A stretch of DNA of 32,068 nt from Catajapyx aquilonaris. Taxonomy: Eukaryota. Made by a program: the position numbers and the translations under genes. How positions within the stretch are numbered: position 1 is the first letter of the stretch; each line of letters starts with the position of its first letter. The stretch is from positions 1 through 32,068 of the forward strand of contig JYFJ02004450.1 in assembly GCA_000934665.2 (NCBI GenBank). Direction: 5' to 3'. Below the pieces are notes generated by a model. The model saw only the letters and a list, made by a program, of their open reading frames with translations, made no database searches and was not told where the DNA came from. Positions 12,127-23,105 of this stretch are shown here, piece by piece.

Positions 12127-12381
12127 AACATAAACTACGATTAGGTCTCCAGCTATAAGAGGACGCAATATTTTTAGCAAGACTTCCTGATAACAACAAG
12201 ACGCAAAATTTTTGTAAACCGTTTCAAATATTTGACTATTAAAAATTATTAACGTGCATCTAAGATTTAGTCACTTTTGAGTTAAATCTGCATTTTTTTT
12301 AAATCACATTCTAAGAGCTGATAGGAAAACAGAAATTGCATCGTAATTCGTCTGACATCTTGCTCATTGTTGGGTTGGCTT

Positions 12382-12394
12382 GTTGATTGGCAAC
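12382..12394 (+). promoter_or_regulatory. Candidate RFX X-box-like element upstream of orphan gene X2
   Basis: GTTGATTGGCAAC, at the same spacing to the ATG as in X1. Confidence 0.4.
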
Positions 12395-12487
12395 GTTGAT
12401 TTCAGTCGAACTTGATTGATGCCTACAACACATCTATCATTTATGTTAGGCATCGTTGTTCTTTATCGACTTTAAATATTAAGAAAG

Positions 12488-14146
12488 ATGCCACACCCTC
12501 TTAGGCAAGCTCCACCCGAAGATGATGAGTTTGAAGTTGTCATAGCCAAAGTGGACAAATCATTTTTCAAGATTGCCGACCGCATCGAACAATGTAAGCA
12601 ACATTATGAATCACAAGGTTAGGTCTATAATATTCTTTGTGTCGTTATAGCCGTCTGCTGTGCTAAGATAAGGTCATTGGCCATCGAGGGACAAATACAA
12701 AACCTTAAGAATAAGATAGACAGTCTGAAGAAACCTATCGATAGAGTAGTTGACGGGACTCTGGGTGATGATGATGATTATGATGGACCATATCTAGAAG
12801 GGATGCACCTTCCTCTGGAATACGGTGCATGTGCCACACCAAATTCAGACCTTGACAACGTGAGTCGACGTTCTACGCCGATAGAACCGCTTATCCCCGC
12901 AAAGTATAATATAGCAGATCCCATAATAGAATCGACCTACGGCTACAAGCAAAACAAAGTAACAGATTCCGAAAGAGGTAAGTAGCCTACCTGATATTTT
13001 GATGTAATTTACTCTTGTAATGCACCCAATAACATAGGGGTAAAGTTCAATGTAATATTGTGTAATAAGAGTACACATGTACCAGCTCGTAACAGCCATT
13101 CTCAATTGATGGAAAAAAAATTTGGTTTGTCGACTTTCAAGTTGATAATTNACCAGCTCGTAACAGCCATTCTCAATTGATGGAAAAAAAATTTGGTTTG
13201 TCGACTTTCAAGTTGATAATTTATAGCCTACACTCTTAACCATTTACCTTCTCTAGAGAGGGTAAATGGTTAAGAGTGTATGGAGCTTACGTTCTGTTTT
13301 ATTTAAAATTGCTATTTATCTATTTTAGATAAGTATTTCGACAACGTTAAAATGCTGCGGGCTCTGACCCATGCACGCGACGAGATGCTTCGCCAGTTCC
13401 AGCTACCACATATGCCAGATAAAGGACAGTGGACCGATATATTTCATGAGAGTAAGTAACAGAGATGAATTTTCTCCATAAAGATGCTTTCACAATCTAA
13501 TGAGTTTATACCCCCAATTTCAGTTGTGCAAAATATGGAGAGCGACTTGTCTGGTTTAAAGAACAAGGAAAGCACGACAGAAATTGAGAAGAACATTATA
13601 AAAATAAAGACGATTTGCGAAAAATGGGGAGAGAATGAGGAAAGGCGACTTTCAGATGAATTTGATCCAGAAGGAAAGGAACTTGAGGAATTGTACTACA
13701 GATTCAACAAGGACGCACCCAGAAAAGAGTACGACCCGGAGTGGTTCAGCCGCCAAGAAGGCCAGACATACAGAACCGAAACGACTAAGATGGGACGGAA
13801 ATACGAGATAGAAATATCTCCGAATGCTCCTGAAGCAAACAACTTTTCCAGAATTTCGATCAAGTGGCCTGAAAACAAGTGGAATGTGCCTAAGATAAAA
13901 GTGCCTCCAAAAAAACCTTGGGTGGAACGTATGGAAAGAGATTTGGCAAGGCCCAAGGTGAAGGTATGGAAGAACCCTTCCAAGTTCGATGGTCTGCCAA
14001 CACTAGTCCCATTAGACGTGATTGCAAAGTTGGATTTCATGAAAAAGTCATCTGAACGAAGAATAATTGTGTCTAGAAAGAAGACTATAGGTAAGGAGGA
14101 GGATATTCGCAGCACATCAAGCATAAGCTCTTATGAAGTGGATTAA
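12488..14146 (+). CDS. Uncharacterised protein X2, 392 aa, 4 exons (tandem paralogue of X1)
   Basis: Exons 12488-12593, 12651-12977, 13329-13451 and 13524-14146 (1179 nt). Exons 2 and 3 have the same lengths as in X1 (327 and 123 nt). Shared blocks include KMLRxLTHARDEMLRQFQLP and WKNPSKFDGLP. Confidence 0.85.
13080..13221. repeat. Exact 71-bp direct tandem duplication (2 copies) in X2 intron 2
   Basis: 13080-13150 is identical to 13151-13221. Confidence 0.92.
13229..13280. repeat. 52-bp loopless palindrome bounded by TA
   Basis: TACACTCTTAACCATTTACCTTCTCT|AGAGAGGGTAAATGGTTAAGAGTGTA, with one mismatch (G.T). Confidence 0.9.
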
Positions 14147-14429
14147 AACTGCCTCTAAGAAGATCCCGCTAGACCTCCCTATAAATTATGCAAAAATTTT
14201 ACAAAATCTTTCCAACACCGGCTAGAACTTGACAAAATTATTAAAGTGAGGTAAATTAGAGATAAATCTGCAAATCTCTCGATGCTTTTGATGTATTGTA
14301 AAATAAACACATTTATATACATTACATTTATTAGAATGCAATTTTACTACTGTTCATAGTCCAAGAGGAAATTAATTTATGAAAATAAAATCAAAAATTT
14401 ATGGGCCCAAAAAGTACTAGGAATTCTTT

Positions 14430-14690
14430 AGGAATTTTGTTTTTGTGAAGGCAACAGCTGCTAATAAGTGGAGTCCGCCTGTGATGAGACACTCAACCAC
14501 GTAGACATTAGGGGAATTAGTCAAAAATGAATAAAAAAGGTAAGAGTGACAAATAAAATTAAATAAAGGTACAAGACCACAATGCACATTCCGAAAGTTC
14601 TGCTTATGGAGCGCACCAAGGAGCAAAGTTCATGAAACATGTCAGTGGCAGAGGTCAATTTCTTTAAAATGATGTCGTCATCACCCTTTT
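14430..14690 (-). pseudogene. Gr relic (distal exon 1 of the A/B/F subfamily)
   Basis: DDDIILKKLTSATDMFHELCSLVRSISRTFGMCIVVLYL matches copy A DDHKMLKKLTSATDLYQELCLLVGFMSRTFGLCIAFLYL, then frameshifts. It is truncated on both sides. Confidence 0.85.
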
Positions 14691-14851
14691 TCACAGTATG
14701 CACCAGTGACGTAGGACAAAGTGACCGTACTGTACAGGGTGTGTCAACTGTCACAATTGTGAATAAATGAGTGTACAGTTCCTAATACGGTGTAACAATT
14801 ACGGTGCAAGGATATGCCGAAGTGGCATCAAAATCTTGTTGTCATTTACGG

Positions 14852-16511
14852 TTAAGGCTCTGTGCAGTTTGTGATTGGTGGACAGCTGTAGAGTCTGTTT
14901 CCACTTTCCGAACCATTGAACTGCACAAGGACTATCAGATAGGTTGTGACTGTGGCTGCAATCTGCAATAGAAGGATAGTGAATTGAGTCTATTTATTGC
15001 CAAGAAATGTTGAAGTTCAATCATCAGCCATGCTGCAGAAATGATCTAACTCACTGAGGTGAGCAGACCCCGGTTGATGGTGAAGAAGTTGGCAGCAGTG
15101 ATCTGCACTGGTGGTCCACACATCCTCTGGATCAGGGCCTGGACCTGGGAACATTTGCATCCATATTACACACTATTGTGTATACAGTACTATGAATACG
15201 TATGATATACCTGTACAGTAACTTATTATGTAACTACAGTCACCAACCTGTACCCGGCAGTCCAAACTCATGTTTAGTTGTCGGACACCAATCAGGTCGT
15301 TCAGGGAATTCGAGGACTGAAATTAGTCAAAGGAGAATAATTTCAATTGGAGGACAATGGAGGACAATGTGCTAATCAAATACATATTTCACAACGTATG
15401 TCCAACAAATGCAAATTCATACGGAGGCTTCGACATATGCCCCAGAGGAATGATTAGGGGTAGTTTTTTACTGGGAAGGTCATAAGCACATTGGACTTGA
15501 CGGTGATGTAATGGTGCGCTCCATCACGCAACACCGTGGTGCTAATTGGCAGTTTTTCACACCTACCTTCTGGCAGATGTCTCCAATCAATAGAGTGGTG
15601 AAGTACACGAGGACTGTACGAGCAGTTACCCCTGCCATCAACACAATGATCATCGTTGGAGTGAATTGGCTCAGTTGCGTGAGTAACACGAATGCGCCAA
15701 CTCCTATTTCCAATATGCACGACAAGTACACGACACATGTGGCCAGTCCGTATATTCTGCTCACTTCTTCGGTCATGTCACACAGGGACAAATACGTGTA
15801 GCACTCAGTTGCCAAATCACTCTCAAAAGCCTTGCGGCTGGATTGATTCAGTGAACTGCAAATGTTGATGTCGGAGCAGGTCGATGAGATGGCCTTGTGC
15901 ACTCTGTCCAGCCTGCGTCCGATGGACAGAGAGAAGAAGAGCAACTGTCCAGGAATCATATATCGAAGGACCGTCACTCTGAAGTAGACCAGAGACAAGT
16001 AAATTCCGCTCAAGTGATGTCCAAACCTATTAACGATCACAGCCAAAGTCGGAAATGTGCAGGACAACAAAGTAATCGCCACAATTCTCCAGGAAATAAT
16101 TCGCATCTCACGGTTCACTTCGTTTGATACATATTTGCAGTCCAAGGCGTGAAACTTGTCCAGTAACCTCCTAGTGTTCTCACCGTTGAAAATGATGAAG
16201 GCGATGTTGGTCAGAGGCATAATGAAGATGCACACATAAGTAACGAGAGATGCGTAGTCCATGGTAGTAACTAATTCACCTCGGAATATGTAAAGCTCGT
16301 ATTTCGGGTGAGAGTCAAATGCAAGTGTCATGAAATATACGATGACTAAGAAGACATTCAAGAAGGTGGGCCAGGTGCACCAGAAGCTGCGCTTCTTCGG
16401 GTAGATAGGACAAGTCCATAATCCAAAGATGGACGACGCCTTTGCCAGAGGAACAAATGACCAGTATAAGTCCTGATGGACTATTGCACCCGTTGCCATG
16501 ATTCGGATCAT
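14852..16511 (-). CDS. Gustatory receptor, copy D (second subfamily), intact, ~404 aa
   Basis: Exons 16511-15567, 15316-15248, 15144-15055 and 14962-14852. C-terminal sequence is VQITAANFFTINRGLLTS|IAATVTTYLIVLVQF. The 69/90-nt internal exons match copy A. The start could also be the ATG at 16499. Confidence 0.92.
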
Positions 16512-16672
16512 TTTATTAAATCAAATTATCTGAACCTTTGCCTTGGGCCGTAATTAGTAACAAATCATAGGCTATAAAGCTTGAATAATTGTCAGAAAGA
16601 GGTGAAGACATTAGTTGGTGTTGCACTGGTCACTTACTGTAATTGCGATTAACTGGTGGGCCTCTATAAACT

Positions 16673-16949
16673 TAATTGTGGGGCTTAACGTCGCTCTAAT
16701 TCTGCCGCAAGGCTCAACACCGACGCCAGGGGGTGGTCCTCCTCCTGGAAATTTGGCCACTCTCGGGATCTTTAACGTGCACTCGCGCAATGTCACAAGC
16801 ACACGACCGAAGGCTTTACTTCCCCTCCGAAGGAAGGCGCACTCTCACTTTTCTACCACCCGGAGAAAAGTCACCGACCTCGGCCGGGTTCGCACCCACA
16901 ACTTTGGGACCAGAGGCGAACGCTAACAACCAGTCCACCGGCGCCGGTT
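16673..16949 (-). mobile_element. Full-length tRNA-derived SINE (277 bp) with 14-bp TSD
   Basis: TSD GGCCTCTATAAACT (16659-16672) / GGCCTCTGTAAACT (16950-16963), with an empty site in the paralogous unit at ~21358. It has box B-like GGTGCGAACCC and central CCTTCCTTCGGAGGGGAAGTAAAGCC and GCACGTTAAAGATCCC motifs. Confidence 0.88.
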
Positions 16950-17509
16950 GGCCTCTGTAAACTGTGCCATTGATGAATAGCTCAATCTTTGTGTTGGTTG
17001 ATTTAATGCTGTCGTAAAAGAATACAAGTTAGTGAAAAGGGATAAGGAAAAAAAAAGGCTCTATATTGGTTGGGTAATGTCCCACATCTCACAACACAAT
17101 GTTGCCCATCAGTGTGACCACTATTGTTGGTTTCTGCGAAGCATGTTTTGTTTACACAATGTCGTATATACCTTAAAATATAATAGGCTTTCTTTGTTAA
17201 GACAGCTATGGTATTAGAAAAAGACTAATGAATGTTTCAGCTCACCCGTGTCTCCGTATTGTATTGTTCAGTTGAAAATATTGGCAATGGCGTATATTAG
17301 AGTTACATAATTGTGACTATAATAACATGCCCACTACTCCTCTCAGGTGGAAAAGGTCGATGGTATTATACTGTATAATATTGGTTGACACTAAAACAAC
17401 TTGAAAAAGTTAGTGCTGTAAGATGCGTGAAAATACTGTATAAAATAATAGAATGTAACCTGGCGAGGCAAATACTGGATATTTCTTTTTGATTTACAAG
17501 TATGAAATA

Positions 17510-18927
17510 CTAGCTGCGATACCCGGCGTTGCCCGGGAATAAATGGATATCTCCTACCTGTAGCCCCGTAGAAATTTTCATGCACAGAGAGCAGCCAGCG
17601 CCATGACACTATTAGGAAGGTCGGGTCCATGGTCATACACGAGTAAGGTCTGGACACCCCCACCTACCCCCTGCCGGGGCGTTTTGCAGGAGGTGCTGAC
17701 CTGAGTGCGCCTTGAGACCTTTCACGGAACATTTATGTGGCGACCCCACTGGACTACGCTGAACTTTATAGGTACAAAGGGGAAGCGCTACATTGGGGGA
17801 CCCAACATGGGCGTGCGGCCATGTTGGGCCCACATGTATAGCTTCACTTTTGTACCTATAAAGTTCAGCGTAGTCCGGTAGGGATGTCACACAACAGTGC
17901 AGTGAAAGGTCTCATGGCGCTCTGTGGTGAGCACCTCCTGCAAAACGCCCCGGCATGCGATAAGATAAGAACGTAGAGGTAGTGTCCGGATGCTGGCCGG
18001 GTCGGAAGGACGGTAGAGGTAGGAGGTGCAGGAAGCGGACCACAGACGGCAGGCGAATGAGATTGGAATTGGTGGGCGGCAGGAGAATGAGGCATGCCGG
18101 AGGGACGGACAGACAGACTCACATCTGTCTTTATGGATAAATAGAAAGGCCGGGAGAGGTTGGAGGTGTTGCAGATGGACCACAGATGGTAGGCAAATGA
18201 CGGATGGTGTTATGCAGGCGGGAGAGGTTGAAGGTGTTGGAGTATAGGTCCACAGATGGCATTGGTGGGCGGACAGACAGACAGATGGAAAGACAGACAG
18301 ACAGACAGACTCACATCTGTCTTTATTGTTTTAGACTCGCTTTTCGAATGTACCCGTCCCGGCAATGCACGTAAGGGTATGACCCAAGCAGCTGGGGGTC
18401 CGTGTTCGTCCCAGCGTGGTAGACCACACAGTCGGGACCGCAGGGATACATAGAGTTGTATTGGCTTGTACGAGGTTGTATATGATTGTACGGAGATGTA
18501 TAGGAAAGTACGGGAAAGTACGGGGTAAGGGAGGTAGGTACGTGTGAACGGGAAAATGTCCACACAGGGGAATACTCGTCCGACGGTACTGTCTGATGTC
18601 TTGATCCCACTTCTGACACCACTTAATATGTCACCCGAATGGATGAACATATAAAAGCCAGTGGGTAACAATCAAGTAGTTATTATTCGTCAGGGTGAGT
18701 GTGTGAGGGCAAAAGGCAATAGGTCAGGGATGGGAGATGACGACCAAACAAGTGGCCTCAGATACAGTCCGGAGCGCCAATATATAGCAAGAAAACCGTA
18801 AAGGACGATGGGAGTTGACAAGTTGCACTAGATGTAGAAAAAAGCAAACGGTGGGTGACACATAAAATTCAGTAATGCAATGGAGAATCGGAAGTCAGTG
18901 AAATGCAGGAAGTTATACATAGTAAGA
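17510..18927 (-). mobile_element. Composite non-autonomous Helitron-like element
   Basis: The minus strand begins A|TCTTACTATGTATAA at 18927 and ends CTAG|T at 17510, with hairpin CCCGG-CGTTGC-CCGGG 8 nt from the CTAG and no TSD. It has (GACA)n tracts, extra internal 5'-end-like motifs at ~18145 and 18335, and a second 3'-end-like motif at 18336-18379. Confidence 0.72.
17672..17955. repeat. Long inverted repeat (foldback) nested in the Helitron-like element
   Basis: TGCCGGGGCGTTTTGCAGGAGGTGCT ... AGCACCTCCTGCAAAACGCCCCGGCA, with arms pairing over ~135 bp around a short loop near 17812. Confidence 0.85.
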
Positions 18928-19036
18928 TCCGGTACGGTCACAATAATTGTGAATAAATTGAGTCTACATTTCCTGATACGGTGTAACAATTAAGGTGAAA
19001 GGATATGCCGAAGTGGCATCCAAATCTTGTTGTCAT

Positions 19037-21198
19037 TTACGGTAAAGGCTGTGTGGAGTTTGGGATTGGTGGACAGCTGCAGAGTCTGTTTCCACTTTCC
19101 GAATCCCTGAACTGCACAAGAACTATCAGGTAGGTGGTGACTGCGGCTACAATCTGCAATAGAAGGATAGTGAATTGAGTCGATTTATTGTCAAGAAATG
19201 TTTAAGTTCAATCATCAGCTATGCTGCAGAAATGATCTAACACACCGAGGTGAGCAGACCCCGGTTGATGGTGAAGAAGTTGGCAGCAGTGATCTGCACT
19301 GGTGGTCCACACATCCTCTGGATCAGGGCCTGGACCTGCGAACATTTGCATGCATATTACACACTATTGTGTATACAGGGTGCTCAAAAACTCGCGGAAA
19401 GTGGCCAGGTAGCCTGATAGGACTCGCAAAACTAATATAGGGATGTGGAAGTAGTTTTGGGCTAACTTGCATAGTTTTTGCGTACGACGCCTTTAAGATT
19501 TCGGGAGTTTCATGACGTCACATCCGCCTTGAGGCCCCCCATTGCGTCATCATACATGTCGTTGTGGCTGTTGCCATTGGCACTGATTATTGTTGCGAAT
19601 ATTGTCAACTGTGATTGTTGAGAAATAAACAATCTAATAATAAATCGCAACAATAATCAGTGCCAATGGAAACAGCCACAATAACTCGACGCATAAATGA
19701 TGACGCAATGGGGGCCTCAAAGCGGATGTGACGTCATGAAACTACCGAAATATTGAAGGCGTCGTACGCAAAAACTATGCGAGTTAGCCCAAAACTACTT
19801 TCACATCCCTATATTAGTTTTGCGAGTCCTATCTGGCTACGTGGCCACTTTCCGAGAGTTTTTGAGCACCCTGTAATACAGTACTATGAATATGATATAC
19901 CTGTACAGTAACTTATTATGGAACTACAGTCACCAACCTGTACCCTGCAGTCCAGGCTCATGTTCAGTTGTCGAACACCAATCAGGTCGTTCAGGGAATT
20001 CGAGGACTGAAATTAGTCAATGGAGAATAATTTCAAATGGATGACAATGAAGGACAATGTGCTAATACGTACTAAAAGTATACATAGTCTTTACGCAGAT
20101 TGTGCCAGTAGCTTCCAGAGCAGGCGGCATTTCAAATTCTCACATAAATAAATAGGCAGTTATTAAATTATTATCAATAGTTACTTAACGTAATATAAAA
20201 GTACGCCACAAAAATACTGTATGCAATGCTGCGCTCGATCACCTTGGTGCTAATTGGCAGTTTTTCACACCTACCTTCTGGCTGATGTCTCCTATCAATA
20301 TAGTGGTGAAGTACACGAGGACTGTACGACCAGTTACCCCTGCCACCAACACAATGATCATCGTAGGAGTTAATCGGCTCAGTTGCGTGAGTAACGCAAA
20401 TGCGCCAACTGCTATTTCCAATATGCACGACAAGTACACGACACATGTGGCCAGTCCGTATATTCTGCTCACTTCTTCGATCATGTCACACAGGGACAAA
20501 TACGTGTAGCACTCAGTTGCCAAATCACTCTCAAAAGCCTTGCGGCTGGATTGATTCAGTGAACTGCAAATGTTGATGTCGGAGCAGGTCGATGAGATGG
20601 CCTTATGCACTCTGTCCAGCCTGCGTCCGATGGACAGAGAGAAGAAGAGCAACTGTCCAGGAATCATATATCGAAGGGTCGTCATTCTGAAGTAGACCAC
20701 AGGCAAGTAAATTCCGTTCAAGTGATGCCCAAACCTATTAACCATCACAACCAAAGTCGGAAATGTGCAGGACAACAGAATAATCGTCACAATTCTCCAG
20801 GAAATAATTCGCATCTCATGGTTCACTTTGTTTGATGCATGTTTGCAGTCCAGGGCGTGAAACTTGTCCAGTAACCTCCTGGTGTTCTTTCCGTTGAAAA
20901 TAATGAAGGCGATGTTGGTCAGAGGCATTATGAAGATGCACACACTAGTAACGAGAGATGCGTAGTTCATGGTAGTAACTATTTCACCTCTGAATATGTA
21001 ACTCTCGTTTTCCGTCATGAAATATGCAATGACTAAGAAGACATTCAAGAAGGTGGGCCAGGTGTACCAGAGGCTGCTTTTCTTCGGGTAGATAGGACAA
21101 GTCCATAATCCAAAGGTGGCCGAAGCCTTTGCCAGAGGAACAAAGGACCAGTATACGTCCTGATGGACCATTGTATCTGTTGCCATGATTCGAACCAT
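19037..21198 (-). CDS. Gustatory receptor, copy E (recent duplicate of D), intact, ~399 aa
   Basis: Exons 21198-20275, 20006-19938, 19335-19246 and 19153-19037, with TTYLIVLVQF. Exon 1 is 7 aa shorter and the C-terminus 2 aa longer than in D. Confidence 0.92.
19376..19873. mobile_element. Tc1/mariner-type MITE, 498 bp, TA TSD, in Gr E intron 2
   Basis: TA|CAGGGTGCTCAAAAACTC ... GAGTTTTTGAGCACCCTG|TA, with inverted arms of ~230 bp. It is absent from the equivalent intron of Gr D (~15183). Confidence 0.92.
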
Positions 21199-21495
21199 CT
21201 TTTCTGGTCCTATTAAATCTAATTAACTGAACCTTTGCCTTGGTCAGTAATTAGTAACAAATTAGATAAGGGTTGAATAAACGTCGGAAAGAGGTGAAGA
21301 CACATTAGTTGTTGTTGCACTGCTCACTTAGGCTACTGTACTTGCGATAAACTGCTGGGCCTCTATAAACTGTGACATTGATAAATAGCTCAATCTTTGT
21401 GTTGGTCGATTTCATCCTGTCGTAAAAGAATACACATTGATGAAAAAGGATAAGGAAAAATGGCTCTATTGTTTGGGTAATGTCCCACAACTCAC

Positions 21496-21597
21496 AACAA
21501 AAATGCTTCGCAGAAACCAACAATAGTGGTCACACTGATGGGCAGCATTGCCCATCAGTGTGACCACTATTGTTCGTTTCTGCGAAGCATTTTTGTT
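21496..21597. repeat. Inverted duplication: 49-bp arms, 4-nt loop
   Basis: 21496-21544 is the reverse complement of 21549-21597 with one mismatch. Only one arm exists in the paralogous unit (~17103-17153). Confidence 0.92.
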
Positions 21598-23105
21598 TAC
21601 ACAATTTCGAATATACCTTAAAATATAATAGGCTTTCTTAGTTAATACAGGTATGGTATTAGGAAAAGACTAATGAATGTTTCAGCTCACCCGTGTCTCC
21701 ATAGTTCAGTTCACAATGGCATATAGTAGAGTTACATGATTGTGACTATAATGATATTGCTGTCTCATGCCCACTACTCATCTCTTGTGGAAAAGGCCGA
21801 TGGTATATTCTTATATACCGTAAAATATTGGGTGACACTAAAAACAACTTTAATAAGTTAGTGCTGTAAGAAGCGTGAAAATATAAACTAATAGAGTGTG
21901 GCCTGGCGAGGCAAATGATGGATATTTCTGTTTGGTTTATGAAATATTGATTACTGGTGGCAATTAATTATTTTGGAGTTAGTAAAAGGCCACAAAGGTC
22001 AGCTGTCCATTCCGTGGGCCCTGAGTGTATGTCATTCATACATGCCAAGTATGCACGTATTAATTCGCAAATGGATTCATTACTTCACATTGTCAATTTA
22101 AGGTACGAATATAAAGCAAGCTGTCGAGCATTACATAACCACTTCTCAAGCGTTTCTATGCCTCTAGTGTAACTGCGCATAATTTATTATTCGGTGACAT
22201 AATGTATGTGATGGCAAGCGTATGCGTAGAACCGAACCAAGTGGCTAGCACAGTTCACAATATAAATGTAAGTAATACTTCAAATCGCTTCAAATGTAAT
22301 GAAACAAGAAATGTGGAAATTCAGAGTATACTCGAGACCTATCTGTATGCTTACATCTGACAATAAGTAGTGTACAGCTATCAGTGCATGAGAAACATGG
22401 TATAGATGGTCAAAAACATTCAAATAGGTTATTACAATCATGTCCTTGAATATCTGACTTCGCCTGGGAGCGCCTGTGGACGGGTAGTGTCCACGGAAAT
22501 GACATCCGCTGACGTGACGAACTCTATGCTTGTTCCACGTAAAACGTGGTTCGTTTAGGTTACAAATTTTTAGTTCAAATGAGTAAGCTCTTTGTACCTA
22601 ATAGCACACTTACTCGAGCAAAAATTTAAATTTGAACTGCTTACCTACATTTGCCAGGTGCCACAGATGTGACGCACTGATCTCGATACTTCACTAAAGG
22701 ACAATAATTAATAGCAATTAACCAGTTAACAAAATAACACATCTATAGGTGACAACAATGTCGAATGTATTTCCGTATACCTGCGGCCGTTGAATGGATC
22801 TAATGAGATGCGCAGTACTACTGCAAGTAATCAAGAAGCAACGCCTCAGGCGGCCTTTACACCACCCAAGTGTTCGATACTCAAGTGGGGTGTAAGCCAA
22901 ATGTGTGGATAAATCTTGCAACAAACATTCTTCGAACATATCAATTATTCGTTGCCCGTACAAATAAGATCAATATACAGTCATATTTTACATAACAATC
23001 GATGCAAAAGATAAAATTACCACAGAAAATGGTGAGAATAACTTCGTGTTTCATATTTACAATCGTTAATGATTAGAAAATTACTTGATCCTTTTGTAAC
23101 TTATC

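Noticed and set aside
13080..13221. CRISPR-like or prokaryotic defence array
   Set aside because: Only two abutting copies with no spacers, inside an intron of a spliced eukaryotic gene. No cas-like ORFs are present in the window.
17633..18671. Several 65-153 aa ORFs in the GC-richer insert
   Set aside because: They arise from foldback and microsatellite sequence of a non-autonomous element, with no Rep/helicase or transposase motifs.
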